Origin: a virus
Taxonomy: Duplodnaviria; Caudoviricetes
Strand: one strand, 5' to 3'
IMG/VR virus record: IMGVR_UViG_3300032312_001355
Coordinates: 8,929-72,928 of that record
Length of the DNA stretch: 64,000 nucleotides
The notes under the pieces are model-generated. The model worked only from the letters and a program-made list of their open reading frames with translations. It did no database searches and was not told the origin of the DNA. The translations under genes were made by a program, and so were the position numbers. Below are positions 47,962 through 55,841 of the stretch, one piece after another (the stretch's first letter is position 1; each line of letters starts with the position of its first letter).

Positions 47962-48402
47962 ATGGCCAAAGTAGATATGCCGTGGGTCAAAGAACAATTG
48001 ACCAACAATCGCACTAAACGGATTGTTGGCGATCATGTTATTGCCCTACTAGAAAAGTGGGAAGAACTAAAAAATACAGATCCAGACCCACAAAAGAACG
48101 AAGCAAACCTAAGTCAAATTATTGAAATATTTGGTAAATTGGCACTAGGTCATGCGATTATTGCAGAAAACAAAAATGAACGCTGGGTACCAGCTCAGTC
48201 TGGTCAGATTGTTGTTGCCGATGAAGTCAGAGTTAAATGGAATGCATTTGATGGCGAGATGGGCAAACTACACAATGGTCGTCGTGGCAAAGTAGTAAGT
48301 ATTCGCTACGGAGACATTATTGTAAAGACAACTGATGGCAGAGAGCCTGTACTTGAAGGTTATCACTACACACCTCAGCAGCTTGAAAAACGAGTTCCAT
48401 AG
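47962..48402 (+). CDS. Hypothetical protein with C-terminal SH3/KOW-like domain
   Basis: ATG at 47962 (MAKVDMPW...); DEVRVK...HNGRRGKVVSIRYGDIIVK. Confidence 0.6.
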   Translation: MAKVDMPWVKEQLTNNRTKRIVGDHVIALLEKWEELKNTDPDPQKNEANLSQIIEIFGKLALGHAIIAENKNERWVPAQSGQIVVADEVRVKWNAFDGEMGKLHNGRRGKVVSIRYGDIIVKTTDGREPVLEGYHYTPQQLEKRVP

Positions 48403-48614
48403 TGAATTCAGCAGTTTTTAAGTTTAGAGTTGATGGCAGTGATTATCAAAACATACAAGAAAAAGCTAAAAAAGAACTTTCTGGATTTATTGAGGTAGAT
48501 CTTGAAGAGCTTAACAAGTATGTTAGCTATGAATTAGAGATTGAACCAAATACAAAAACAACTAGTACCTACTCATATACCGCTTTAGTGACTGCGAGGT
48601 TGAAGAATGTCTGA
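48402..48614 (+). CDS. Hypothetical protein
   Basis: 70-aa ORF coupled on both sides. Confidence 0.55.
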   Translation: MNSAVFKFRVDGSDYQNIQEKAKKELSGFIEVDLEELNKYVSYELEIEPNTKTTSTYSYTALVTARLKNV

Positions 48615-48957
48615 TAATGTAAATAACACAGTTCCCCCTGTTAATGAATATATGAAACAGACTTCTGATACCCCGCATCGAGTAGAGGCTCTTCGTGAAG
48701 CTGCTCGAATTACTACACAAGACAGAAATGCTAACTATGGCGGACCAGAAGAAAACTTTACAAGAACTGCAAAAATCTGGTCTGTAATTCTTGGACAAGA
48801 GATTACAAACGAGCAGGTTGCAATGATGATGGTTGGTTTAAAGATGGCACGTTTTGCCCATGGGTCTGGCTTCCAACCAGATACTTGGATAGACATTGCT
48901 GGATATGCAGGATGCGGATATGAAGTAGGAAAGATAGAGTCAGAAAAACTTAAATAG
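48607..48957 (+). CDS. DUF6378-like all-helical protein (possible nucleotide hydrolase)
   Basis: LREA...DRNANYG.PEENF.R.A.IWS...VAMMM..LK.AR...DTWIDIAGYAGC. Confidence 0.75.
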   Translation: MSDNVNNTVPPVNEYMKQTSDTPHRVEALREAARITTQDRNANYGGPEENFTRTAKIWSVILGQEITNEQVAMMMVGLKMARFAHGSGFQPDTWIDIAGYAGCGYEVGKIESEKLK

Positions 48958-48973
48958 TTTCTTGGAGGGGAAC

Positions 48974-49270
48974 ATGTCCGAGCTTGTGCCACCTTGGAAA
49001 TATGAACAACCGCTCTGTGCTGAGATAGGCGCAGAGCTGTTTTATATTGAAGATAAAGATGAAATAGTTGTTGGCCAAAGACTTAATGCTTATGTTGAAG
49101 CTAAAAAAATATGTTCATCATGTGCTCACATAGTTGAGTGCGGTCAATGGGCTATAAAAAATGAAAAGCATGGGTTTTGGGGAGGATATTCTCCAGAAGA
49201 AAGAAAACAAATAAGAGGTAAATTAAATATAATACTTACAGAAGATATGACGTTTGCTTTAAAAGAGTAG
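48974..49270 (+). CDS. whiB: WhiB-family transcription factor
   Basis: C...LFY...AKKICSSC..IVEC..WA...GFWGG.SPEERK; ATG at 48974 with GGAGGGG RBS. Confidence 0.9.
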   Translation: MSELVPPWKYEQPLCAEIGAELFYIEDKDEIVVGQRLNAYVEAKKICSSCAHIVECGQWAIKNEKHGFWGGYSPEERKQIRGKLNIILTEDMTFALKE

Positions 49271-49279
49271 ACTGTTGTC

Positions 49280-49573
49280 ATGGCTGCTGAACCAGTAATT
49301 AGTCCCGTGCCCATTTGTGAGGCATGTTGGATGGAAAACCATGCTCGGTGGGAGCCAGAAAGTATGGACAAGACTGGTCGCATAATAATGCGTCTTAAAG
49401 GCGTAGATGTGCCTAATAAAGTTAACAACGGGTCTGTTGAAGTCTGTGCTATGTGCGGAGCTGTAACAATAGCTGGAATATTTGAAATGAAACTTACTAG
49501 CGAAATGTATTTTTTGGATCAGCAGAGTCCAGATTTTGAGCTTAATATTAACCCTGAAGATGATCAAATATAA
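49280..49573 (+). CDS. Small CxxC...CxxC zinc-binding protein
   Basis: ICEACW and VCAMCG motifs. Confidence 0.55.
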   Translation: MAAEPVISPVPICEACWMENHARWEPESMDKTGRIIMRLKGVDVPNKVNNGSVEVCAMCGAVTIAGIFEMKLTSEMYFLDQQSPDFELNINPEDDQI

Positions 49574-49582
49574 GGTAGGTAT

Positions 49583-49918
49583 ATGAGAAGCGATAGACCA
49601 GGAGACTTTCTTTGGGAAGAATGGGAAGGATCTGGATATGACCCACAGGTAGATTGCTCAGTTATTTATTACACCTTTGAACATATTGATTTAGAGAATG
49701 ACTTAGTAAGAAGAGCTTTAGCTTCTGCTCTACAAAGAGATGGGGTAGCAATCTCTCTTGGAGATGGGTTTAATTTAATTGACAAGTGCTCCCCAAATTA
49801 TGGGTGGACTGGAATAATAGAAGATGAAGAAGATTATGTAGTTTGCGATGAATTAGGTGAAACAGAGTATGGGGAGTTTGTAGATTCCATCCTTCCTGCA
49901 ACTTGGATAGAGATATAA
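49583..49918 (+). CDS. Hypothetical acidic protein
   Basis: 111-aa ORF with AAGGTAGG RBS. Confidence 0.6.
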   Translation: MRSDRPGDFLWEEWEGSGYDPQVDCSVIYYTFEHIDLENDLVRRALASALQRDGVAISLGDGFNLIDKCSPNYGWTGIIEDEEDYVVCDELGETEYGEFVDSILPATWIEI

Positions 49919-49967
49919 TTTTTTAATAAATATAGTGTCATAGACGATATTTTTATAATTTATAGTC

Positions 49968-49973
49968 TACTAT
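49968..49973 (+). promoter_or_regulatory. -10 box of a leaderless whiB transcript
   Basis: TACTAT followed by 6 nt and the GTG at 49980; AT-rich upstream; no SD. Confidence 0.5.
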
Positions 49974-49979
49974 AGTTAT

Positions 49980-50504
49980 GTGTGGAAACCAGCGGAAAAT
50001 CTTAATTGGCAGTCAGAGGCTACTTGCGCCAAGCCTTCTAATAGATACGCTTTAGACTGGTTTTTCTCTAAAGACTTTAAAGAAAAATATGCGGCTAAGA
50101 ACATGTGCTTTACCTGTCCTGTGCGCTCAGAATGCCTTCAGTGGGCTCTAGAGCATCGGCAAATCTGGGGTATCTGGGGCGGTAGAGATGAAGTTGATAT
50201 TCGTAGAGCTCTATCTGTGTCTTATAACGGTGAAGAAACAAGGCGCCGCAGATTTCCTAACTGTCCTTACTGCACAGCTAGACCTTCAAAACTAGAAACA
50301 TCTATTGAGCAACTTCCTAATGGAGGACGATGGACAACAGCAAAAGTTGTTACATGCACAGAGTGTGGTTTTGCTTGGAGAAGTCGTACTAGTGCAAATG
50401 CAGTTGAAGCTTACAAAGCAGATCGTGTAGAAAAGACTAGTAAGAAAACTAAATCTAAAAAATCTTCCTCGTCCAAACTTGCAACCCCTGCTCAAGAACA
50501 GTAA
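49980..50504 (+). CDS. whiB: WhiB-family regulator fused to a C-terminal zinc ribbon
   Basis: W...ATC...WFF...AKNMCFTCPVRSEC..WAL...GIWGG; then CPYC...CTECG. Confidence 0.88.
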   Translation: MWKPAENLNWQSEATCAKPSNRYALDWFFSKDFKEKYAAKNMCFTCPVRSECLQWALEHRQIWGIWGGRDEVDIRRALSVSYNGEETRRRRFPNCPYCTARPSKLETSIEQLPNGGRWTTAKVVTCTECGFAWRSRTSANAVEAYKADRVEKTSKKTKSKKSSSSKLATPAQEQ

Positions 50505-51030
50505 CTTTATTTGCATAAGAAATTAAAAATGCATCAACTCCTGTTTTAGGTTGATCCATTATAGGTAGAGAAGCTCCCCACATATAATCATCAAAGGCAA
50601 GTATTCCTCCGTTATTTAGACAGGAGTACCCGTCTAAGCCATCTCTAAGAGCCCAGATTGCATGATGATCTGCATCTACATAGACAAACTCATATCTTTT
50701 ATCATTTGACTTAAAGAATTCTTTAGTTGTCATTTTCTTTTTTATTAGTTGACCTGAAGCAAGATAAGGTCTTAATTTTTGATCATAAGTATCTTCTACG
50801 CTTTTCCAGTCCATATCCATATGCTCTTCTTCTTCAGAGCCTTCCCATGTATCAACATCTGTCAAAGTTGATTCTGGATGAGTGAGAACATTGTCAAAAA
50901 GCCAAGCAGAAGCGTCTCCTGTATATGCTCCTAGCTGAAGAAAATCTACTTTTACATCTTTATACTTAGGTAGAAATTTAGAAAAGTTGTGGATTGCTCC
51001 ACCCTCGATAAACCAATTAGGGTATGTCAT
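50455..51030 (-). CDS. Class I SAM-dependent methyltransferase (Methyltransf_24-like)
   Basis: LQLGAYTGDAS...DVDTW...FVYVDADH...LNNGGILAFDDY. Confidence 0.85.
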   Translation of the reverse strand: MTYPNWFIEGGAIHNFSKFLPKYKDVKVDFLQLGAYTGDASAWLFDNVLTHPESTLTDVDTWEGSEEEEHMDMDWKSVEDTYDQKLRPYLASGQLIKKKMTTKEFFKSNDKRYEFVYVDADHHAIWALRDGLDGYSCLNNGGILAFDDYMWGASLPIMDQPKTGVDAFLISYANKVTVLEQGLQVWTRKIF

Positions 51031-52088
51031 GCTTTCTGCTCACAGAAGGCCAAGTTATTAGCAAGTCTTTCCTTGTGCTCTGGAGTAGCAATTTCTAAGG
51101 CGTTTCTAGCATGAACAACTGCATCTTGATATCTACCTAAATTGTAAGCAGCAATGGCTGCCATATCGTGTGGTGTGTAGCCCCAAGCCTCTGCTTCGCA
51201 GAGATACTCCATAGGCTTAACAGTAATAGCTAAAGCTTGAGTTGCTATGTCATAACACTCTTCCCACTTACCGACTGAGTAGTAGTACTGAGCTAGATCG
51301 ACATATGCTTCTCTGCGTTCTGGAGCTTCCTTTATTGCCATAGTAAACCACAGCTCTGCATCTTCTTTAGATATCTTTCCAATAAAACGCATTGATGCTG
51401 AACGCTCTGGTGCCCACTTTGCGGTGTGTAATTGTAAGTGACGCTTAAACTCTTCTTTTGCTTCATCAAATCTGTTGTAGAAATATAGCTCTCTTGCATA
51501 GTAAAAAGCATTTCTATCATCGTATGGATCTTCTTCTACAGAAATTTTTAGCAAATCTAAATACTGTCCTCTTGACTTTGTGTTATCTGCGTGGTGCTCC
51601 ATAACTGCTTGAGTCCAGTATTGAACTTCTTGCATGCGGTCAGGAACTAAAACTTCATGTACTGGGTGCTTCCAACGGTATCCATGACGAGCATGGATTT
51701 TGTCTCCACCAAAGGTAAGTCCTGGAGTTCCGTCTTCATTCCAATTCCAAGTGTAGTTATATCTAGGACGAGTTGCTCCCGAGTCAAAAGCTTTTTGAAG
51801 TTCTGCTTTCCATCCCGGCAACATGATCTCGTCCATATCTAAAGGGATGCAGTAATCAATATCGGCTGGAAGTAGTCCTAAAGAAACGTTTCTTGCTTGA
51901 TCAAAACGCCAAGGTCTTACACAGATAGACACAACATTAATTCCTAAAGCAAGAGCTTTTTCAACAGTCTTATCTGTTGACCCTGTGTCGGCAATTAGTA
52001 AGTAGTCTGCCTCATCTTTGACAGAGTTGTACCAAGTCTCAACAAATTTTTCCTCGTTGAGGGCTATTGTGTAAACTGCTACTTTCAT
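51027..52088 (-). CDS. Glycosyltransferase family 2 with TPR repeats
   Basis: VYTIALNEE...IADTGSTD...FDQARN...IPLDMDE (DxD)...PVHE; C-terminal TPR helices. Confidence 0.88.
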   Translation of the reverse strand: MKVAVYTIALNEEKFVETWYNSVKDEADYLLIADTGSTDKTVEKALALGINVVSICVRPWRFDQARNVSLGLLPADIDYCIPLDMDEIMLPGWKAELQKAFDSGATRPRYNYTWNWNEDGTPGLTFGGDKIHARHGYRWKHPVHEVLVPDRMQEVQYWTQAVMEHHADNTKSRGQYLDLLKISVEEDPYDDRNAFYYARELYFYNRFDEAKEEFKRHLQLHTAKWAPERSASMRFIGKISKEDAELWFTMAIKEAPERREAYVDLAQYYYSVGKWEECYDIATQALAITVKPMEYLCEAEAWGYTPHDMAAIAAYNLGRYQDAVVHARNALEIATPEHKERLANNLAFCEQKA

Positions 52089-52288
52089 ATAGTTTCCTTT
52101 TCTACAGTTGAACCGTTGTATAAAGGAAATACATCTTTCAATAACACTTGTCTTTTAGTGACGTATCCTCCTTCTTTATCTAGTTTTTCTTCAGCAGATT
52201 CTCTGTTTTCAGCTAGAACTTGAACAACCATTAGGACCTCGTATGAGTAGCATGAGGTTTCTTTAGCGTTTGATACGTCTTTTGTCAT
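52085..52288 (-). CDS. Hypothetical protein
   Basis: 67-aa ORF with AGGAG RBS, ATGA-coupled to GT2. Confidence 0.55.
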   Translation of the reverse strand: MTKDVSNAKETSCYSYEVLMVVQVLAENRESAEEKLDKEGGYVTKRQVLLKDVFPLYNGSTVEKETI

Positions 52289-52411
52289 AAATTCTCCTAA
52301 AAAGTCTTTCTACATTAGCAGTTATGGTATTTCAGGAATAATCCTATCCTATCCTTACAGAAAATGCTAGATACTTCAATAGATATCTTTGACTTCTTTA
52401 GAGGACCTTGT

Positions 52412-52708
52412 CTATAAATTGATTAAATATTCAGATTCTTCTTGCGTGATTGCGATGTTGTTTAGCACTTTTATTCTAGCTTTTTCGATTGCTCGTTGTC
52501 TTAGCTCTTCGGGTGTGAACTCACGCACTGACCAAACAGTGGCCCAAACGCCTTCAACCAATTCGGGTGCGAGTTCAAATGCAACTTCATTTTCGCCCGC
52601 AACTGGCGCTTCAGTTTGCACGACTTCTGCCCAATTTGCACTCGGGTCCAAATCCACATCGCCTTGATAGCGTGGGTACTCAAGCGTGTCTGTGTTAATG
52701 AATAGCAT
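52412..52708 (-). CDS. Small tail-fibre-associated protein
   Basis: YPRYQGD...WAEV...PELVEGVW...WSVRE pattern common downstream of fibre genes. Confidence 0.6.
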   Translation of the reverse strand: MLFINTDTLEYPRYQGDVDLDPSANWAEVVQTEAPVAGENEVAFELAPELVEGVWATVWSVREFTPEELRQRAIEKARIKVLNNIAITQEESEYLINL

Positions 52709-52716
52709 GCCAGCTC

Positions 52717-54015
52717 CTAGATTAGTGTTCGTGCTGTGGTTAGTGTTTCGGCAGTGTTGCTGTATGAGTAACTTGTTGTACCATAATTAAATGCAGAGTC
52801 TGCGTACGAGATTGTTGCTCTAGACAGAGTTCCAGCGGATTCTGTTGCTGAAGAAGCTGCGTAGGCGTTCGTCAAAGAGCCAACTGTGTATGTTCCAGTC
52901 TTTGAACCATCATCTGGCAACTTTGCGATGTGTGGTGCTTCGTACGTGCTAACAATAGCCGACGAGCTGATGTACATGCAGTTGTTTTTTAAAGCACCAA
53001 TATTGGACGCTGTCACATTTGTTAATGAACGCTGCCATTGAATGTTGCCAGACGAATCAAACCTTGCAATAAAACCTCGGTCGCTGTTTGTAGTTCCAGC
53101 AACAAACACATTGCCGCCGCTGTGCAAAGCTACTGACACAAGGCGTGTGTCACTCGCTATTTTTCTCTGCCATGTAATGTTGCCACTGGAATCAAGCTTT
53201 ACAACGTGTGATGTGTAGCTGCCAGAAGAACCACCGCTAAGCACTGCGTACACGTTTCCACTCGAGTCAACTACACATTCATGGCAGGTGGTTGTGTTTC
53301 CGCTGTCTGTGAAACCCCATTGGCTTTGAATGGTGCCAGATGTGTTGTACTTTATAATAAGCGGCAGATATGCGCCCGTTGCATTGGTGTCGCCACAAAC
53401 GAAAACATTCGAAGACGAGTCAGTAGTAATATGGCCAGCGTTTGACCAAGCACTTGTGCTGCCGTAACGCCTCTGCCATTGTAGAACACCAGACGAGTTA
53501 CTTTTTGATGTTACGATACCGAACCCAGTACCGTTGTATCCGCTAAGGGCTGATATGTAGATGTTTCCAGATGAATCAACCGTTGCTGATCTTGGGTACG
53601 AGTTGCCACCATCATTCCAACGCAACCAACTCGTTGAATTAAAAGTGCCGTCTGTATTTAACAATGACATGGCGATTGACTGAGCACCAGAGATGTCTGG
53701 TGCGCTAATTAAACGGACGTTGTTGCTTGTGTCAATAGCGAAAGTGACACCGAACTCATACGCAGCACTAACAGTCTCGGCACCATACCTTGACCATTGA
53801 ACCACGCCGTTATTGTCATACTTTGAGAAGCCAGTGTTCAGAGCGCCACTTACATCTCTCTGGTACGTTCTATAGAGGTAGTCGTTTCCGTCAATTTTAA
53901 GTGCTTCGAATTGATTGCCCATATTGCTAGAGCCAGTCGTGGTGTAAGCCAAGAAAAGTTTCTGTGCATTCGGACCGCTTTGTTGAGAAGCAATAATTCC
54001 AATGATTGGTGTCAT
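52717..54015 (-). CDS. Beta-propeller virion / receptor-binding protein
   Basis: Repeated VDSSGN(V/I)Y...K.DSSG.(I/L).WQR blades; [11 protein letters not shown]-terminus. Confidence 0.7.
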   Translation of the reverse strand: MTPIIGIIASQQSGPNAQKLFLAYTTTGSSNMGNQFEALKIDGNDYLYRTYQRDVSGALNTGFSKYDNNGVVQWSRYGAETVSAAYEFGVTFAIDTSNNVRLISAPDISGAQSIAMSLLNTDGTFNSTSWLRWNDGGNSYPRSATVDSSGNIYISALSGYNGTGFGIVTSKSNSSGVLQWQRRYGSTSAWSNAGHITTDSSSNVFVCGDTNATGAYLPLIIKYNTSGTIQSQWGFTDSGNTTTCHECVVDSSGNVYAVLSGGSSGSYTSHVVKLDSSGNITWQRKIASDTRLVSVALHSGGNVFVAGTTNSDRGFIARFDSSGNIQWQRSLTNVTASNIGALKNNCMYISSSAIVSTYEAPHIAKLPDDGSKTGTYTVGSLTNAYAASSATESAGTLSRATISYADSAFNYGTTSYSYSNTAETLTTARTLI

Positions 54016-55460
54016 TAAGAAACATCTCCGCTTGCGTACCAGAGATCCGTTCCCGCTTTGATCAAAGTCATAGCAGAGTAGCGAACTCTTGTTTTAGGAG
54101 TAGCAGCTGTTCCACCTGTTGATAGAATAGTAACTCCAGAATCACCTTGCACGGTTACTTGTCCTGTACCAATTTGAATAAGGTTAATTAAACTTCCAAT
54201 TGGATATGCAACGCTTGAGTTCAAAGGAATTGTGTATGTCTGAGCACTTGCATTCGATGCAGTAACTAGATCATCACGATCTGCTAAAACAAAAGTATAT
54301 GTTGTTCCTGTTTGTGCATTGATTGCTTCAATACCGCCAGCACCAGTTGGTCCTGTTACACCAGTGGCTCCAGTAGGTCCAGTTGCACCCGTAGGTCCTG
54401 TAACACTTGGACCTGTAGGTCCTGTAGGTCCCGTAACTGTTGACGCCGCTCCTGTAGGACCTGTAACACTTGCACCAGTTGGACCTGTTGGTCCTGTTGG
54501 CCCAGTAGGGCCTCCCGATGGACCAGTTGGTCCTGTAATGGATGCACCAGTAGGACCTGTTGGTCCCGTAGCTCCCACTGCACCAGTAGGTCCTGTAACA
54601 AATGAAGCTGCACCTGTTGGTCCTGTTGGCCCAGTAGGGCCAGTGACAGTTGAAGCAGGACCCGTAGGTCCCGTTGGGCCTCCCGATGGACCAGTTGGTC
54701 CTGTCGCACCAGTAGGTCCAGTTACTGAAGCGCCAGTCGCGCCTGTAGCACCTACAGGTCCTGTAGGCCCTGAAGGACCAACAAAAGGTCCAGAGCTTAC
54801 CCACGCTGAGTTTTGAGCATCCCAGATATAAAGATTTGGTGAAACTAAATACGCTTGTCCTGCTGTACCAGTTGGATTATCTGCTTGAAGTAGTTCAAGA
54901 GTTGCATATGAACCTAAAACAGAGATTCCAGAACCAGCAGGTCCAGTAGTGCCAGTAGGACCAGTAGGCCCTGCACCGCCAGTAGGACCTGTAGGTCCTG
55001 TAGCAGCAATAGTAGATACAGTTCTAAATCCACTTCCTGTGTATACACCTACTGCATCAGAGGAACTGTTAACCCAAATATCTCCAACTTGAGGCTGACC
55101 TGGTTGTGTTGACTGATAAACAATATTTGATCGACCAGTTGACTCGTATGCAGCTGTAGCAGAAAACGATGCATTAGCGGTACTTGCTGCTACATAAATT
55201 ATATCCCCAACAGCCATTGCAAATCTAAAAGTTTCAAAAGATTGACCAACACCAATAACTAAACTGTTTACAATGTAAGCACGAGTAGCTGGGTTACCTG
55301 GAGATTCAACTGGCTCAACATAAACAGTTGCATTGAGCTCTACAGCTCCTTTATTAGCAATAATTACTGAGGCAACACATGCGACATCTGCAGTAGCAAG
55401 AGGTGTAAATGTATTTGTATATGCAGCAGGAGTTGCGACCCCTAAACGTTTTACTGGCAT
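54015..55460 (-). CDS. Collagen-like (GPT) fibre protein 1
   Basis: Two Gly-X-Y runs dominated by GPT; C-terminal [15 protein letters not shown]...QIGTGQVT domain. Confidence 0.85.
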   Translation of the reverse strand: MPVKRLGVATPAAYTNTFTPLATADVACVASVIIANKGAVELNATVYVEPVESPGNPATRAYIVNSLVIGVGQSFETFRFAMAVGDIIYVAASTANASFSATAAYESTGRSNIVYQSTQPGQPQVGDIWVNSSSDAVGVYTGSGFRTVSTIAATGPTGPTGGAGPTGPTGTTGPAGSGISVLGSYATLELLQADNPTGTAGQAYLVSPNLYIWDAQNSAWVSSGPFVGPSGPTGPVGATGATGASVTGPTGATGPTGPSGGPTGPTGPASTVTGPTGPTGPTGAASFVTGPTGAVGATGPTGPTGASITGPTGPSGGPTGPTGPTGPTGASVTGPTGAASTVTGPTGPTGPSVTGPTGATGPTGATGVTGPTGAGGIEAINAQTGTTYTFVLADRDDLVTASNASAQTYTIPLNSSVAYPIGSLINLIQIGTGQVTVQGDSGVTILSTGGTAATPKTRVRYSAMTLIKAGTDLWYASGDVS

Positions 55461-55600
55461 TTACAGCTCCTTTTTTTCCACATCCAAATATGATGCACTG
55501 CCATAATAGCCATAAGAGCCCACATTAACTGCATCTCTGTAAAAGGAAACGACCAGTCGGTAGAGGTAACTATTGTCTGATTATGGTTATCATGCTCCAT
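55451..55600 (-). CDS. Unannotated 49-aa Met/His-rich membrane peptide
   Basis: [49 protein letters not shown]; RBS GAGGGGG; overlaps both neighbours and fills the gap. Confidence 0.65.
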   Translation of the reverse strand: MEHDNHNQTIVTSTDWSFPFTEMQLMWALMAIMAVHHIWMWKKRSCKCQ

Positions 55601-55841
55601 TAATTTCCCCCTCTACTAAAAAAACTTTTCCTTGATAGCAGCAGTGATCTGCCCCATCAAGGGTCTCTACAGCTGTATTGTATACACCTTCAAGAAAATC
55701 TTCACGACCAGTAGCCCATACTACATCTGAAATTAACACAGTCTTGTTTTCAGAAATGTTCTTAATAGTTAGGTTAAGCAGTGGAGCGTTTTCGCTCTCT
55801 TCTGCTTTCCATTCAAAATTACCTACTGTTTCCATTATCAT
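55590..55841 (-). CDS. Hypothetical protein with DHCC motif
   Basis: 83-aa ORF, ATGA-coupled to the upstream collagen gene. Confidence 0.6.
   Translation of the reverse strand: MIMETVGNFEWKAEESENAPLLNLTIKNISENKTVLISDVVWATGREDFLEGVYNTAVETLDGADHCCYQGKVFLVEGEINGA

Noticed and set aside
52338-52357. (AGGAT)x3 on the minus strand in the 52289-52411 gap
   Set aside because: Too short to distinguish from chance and no second occurrence noticed
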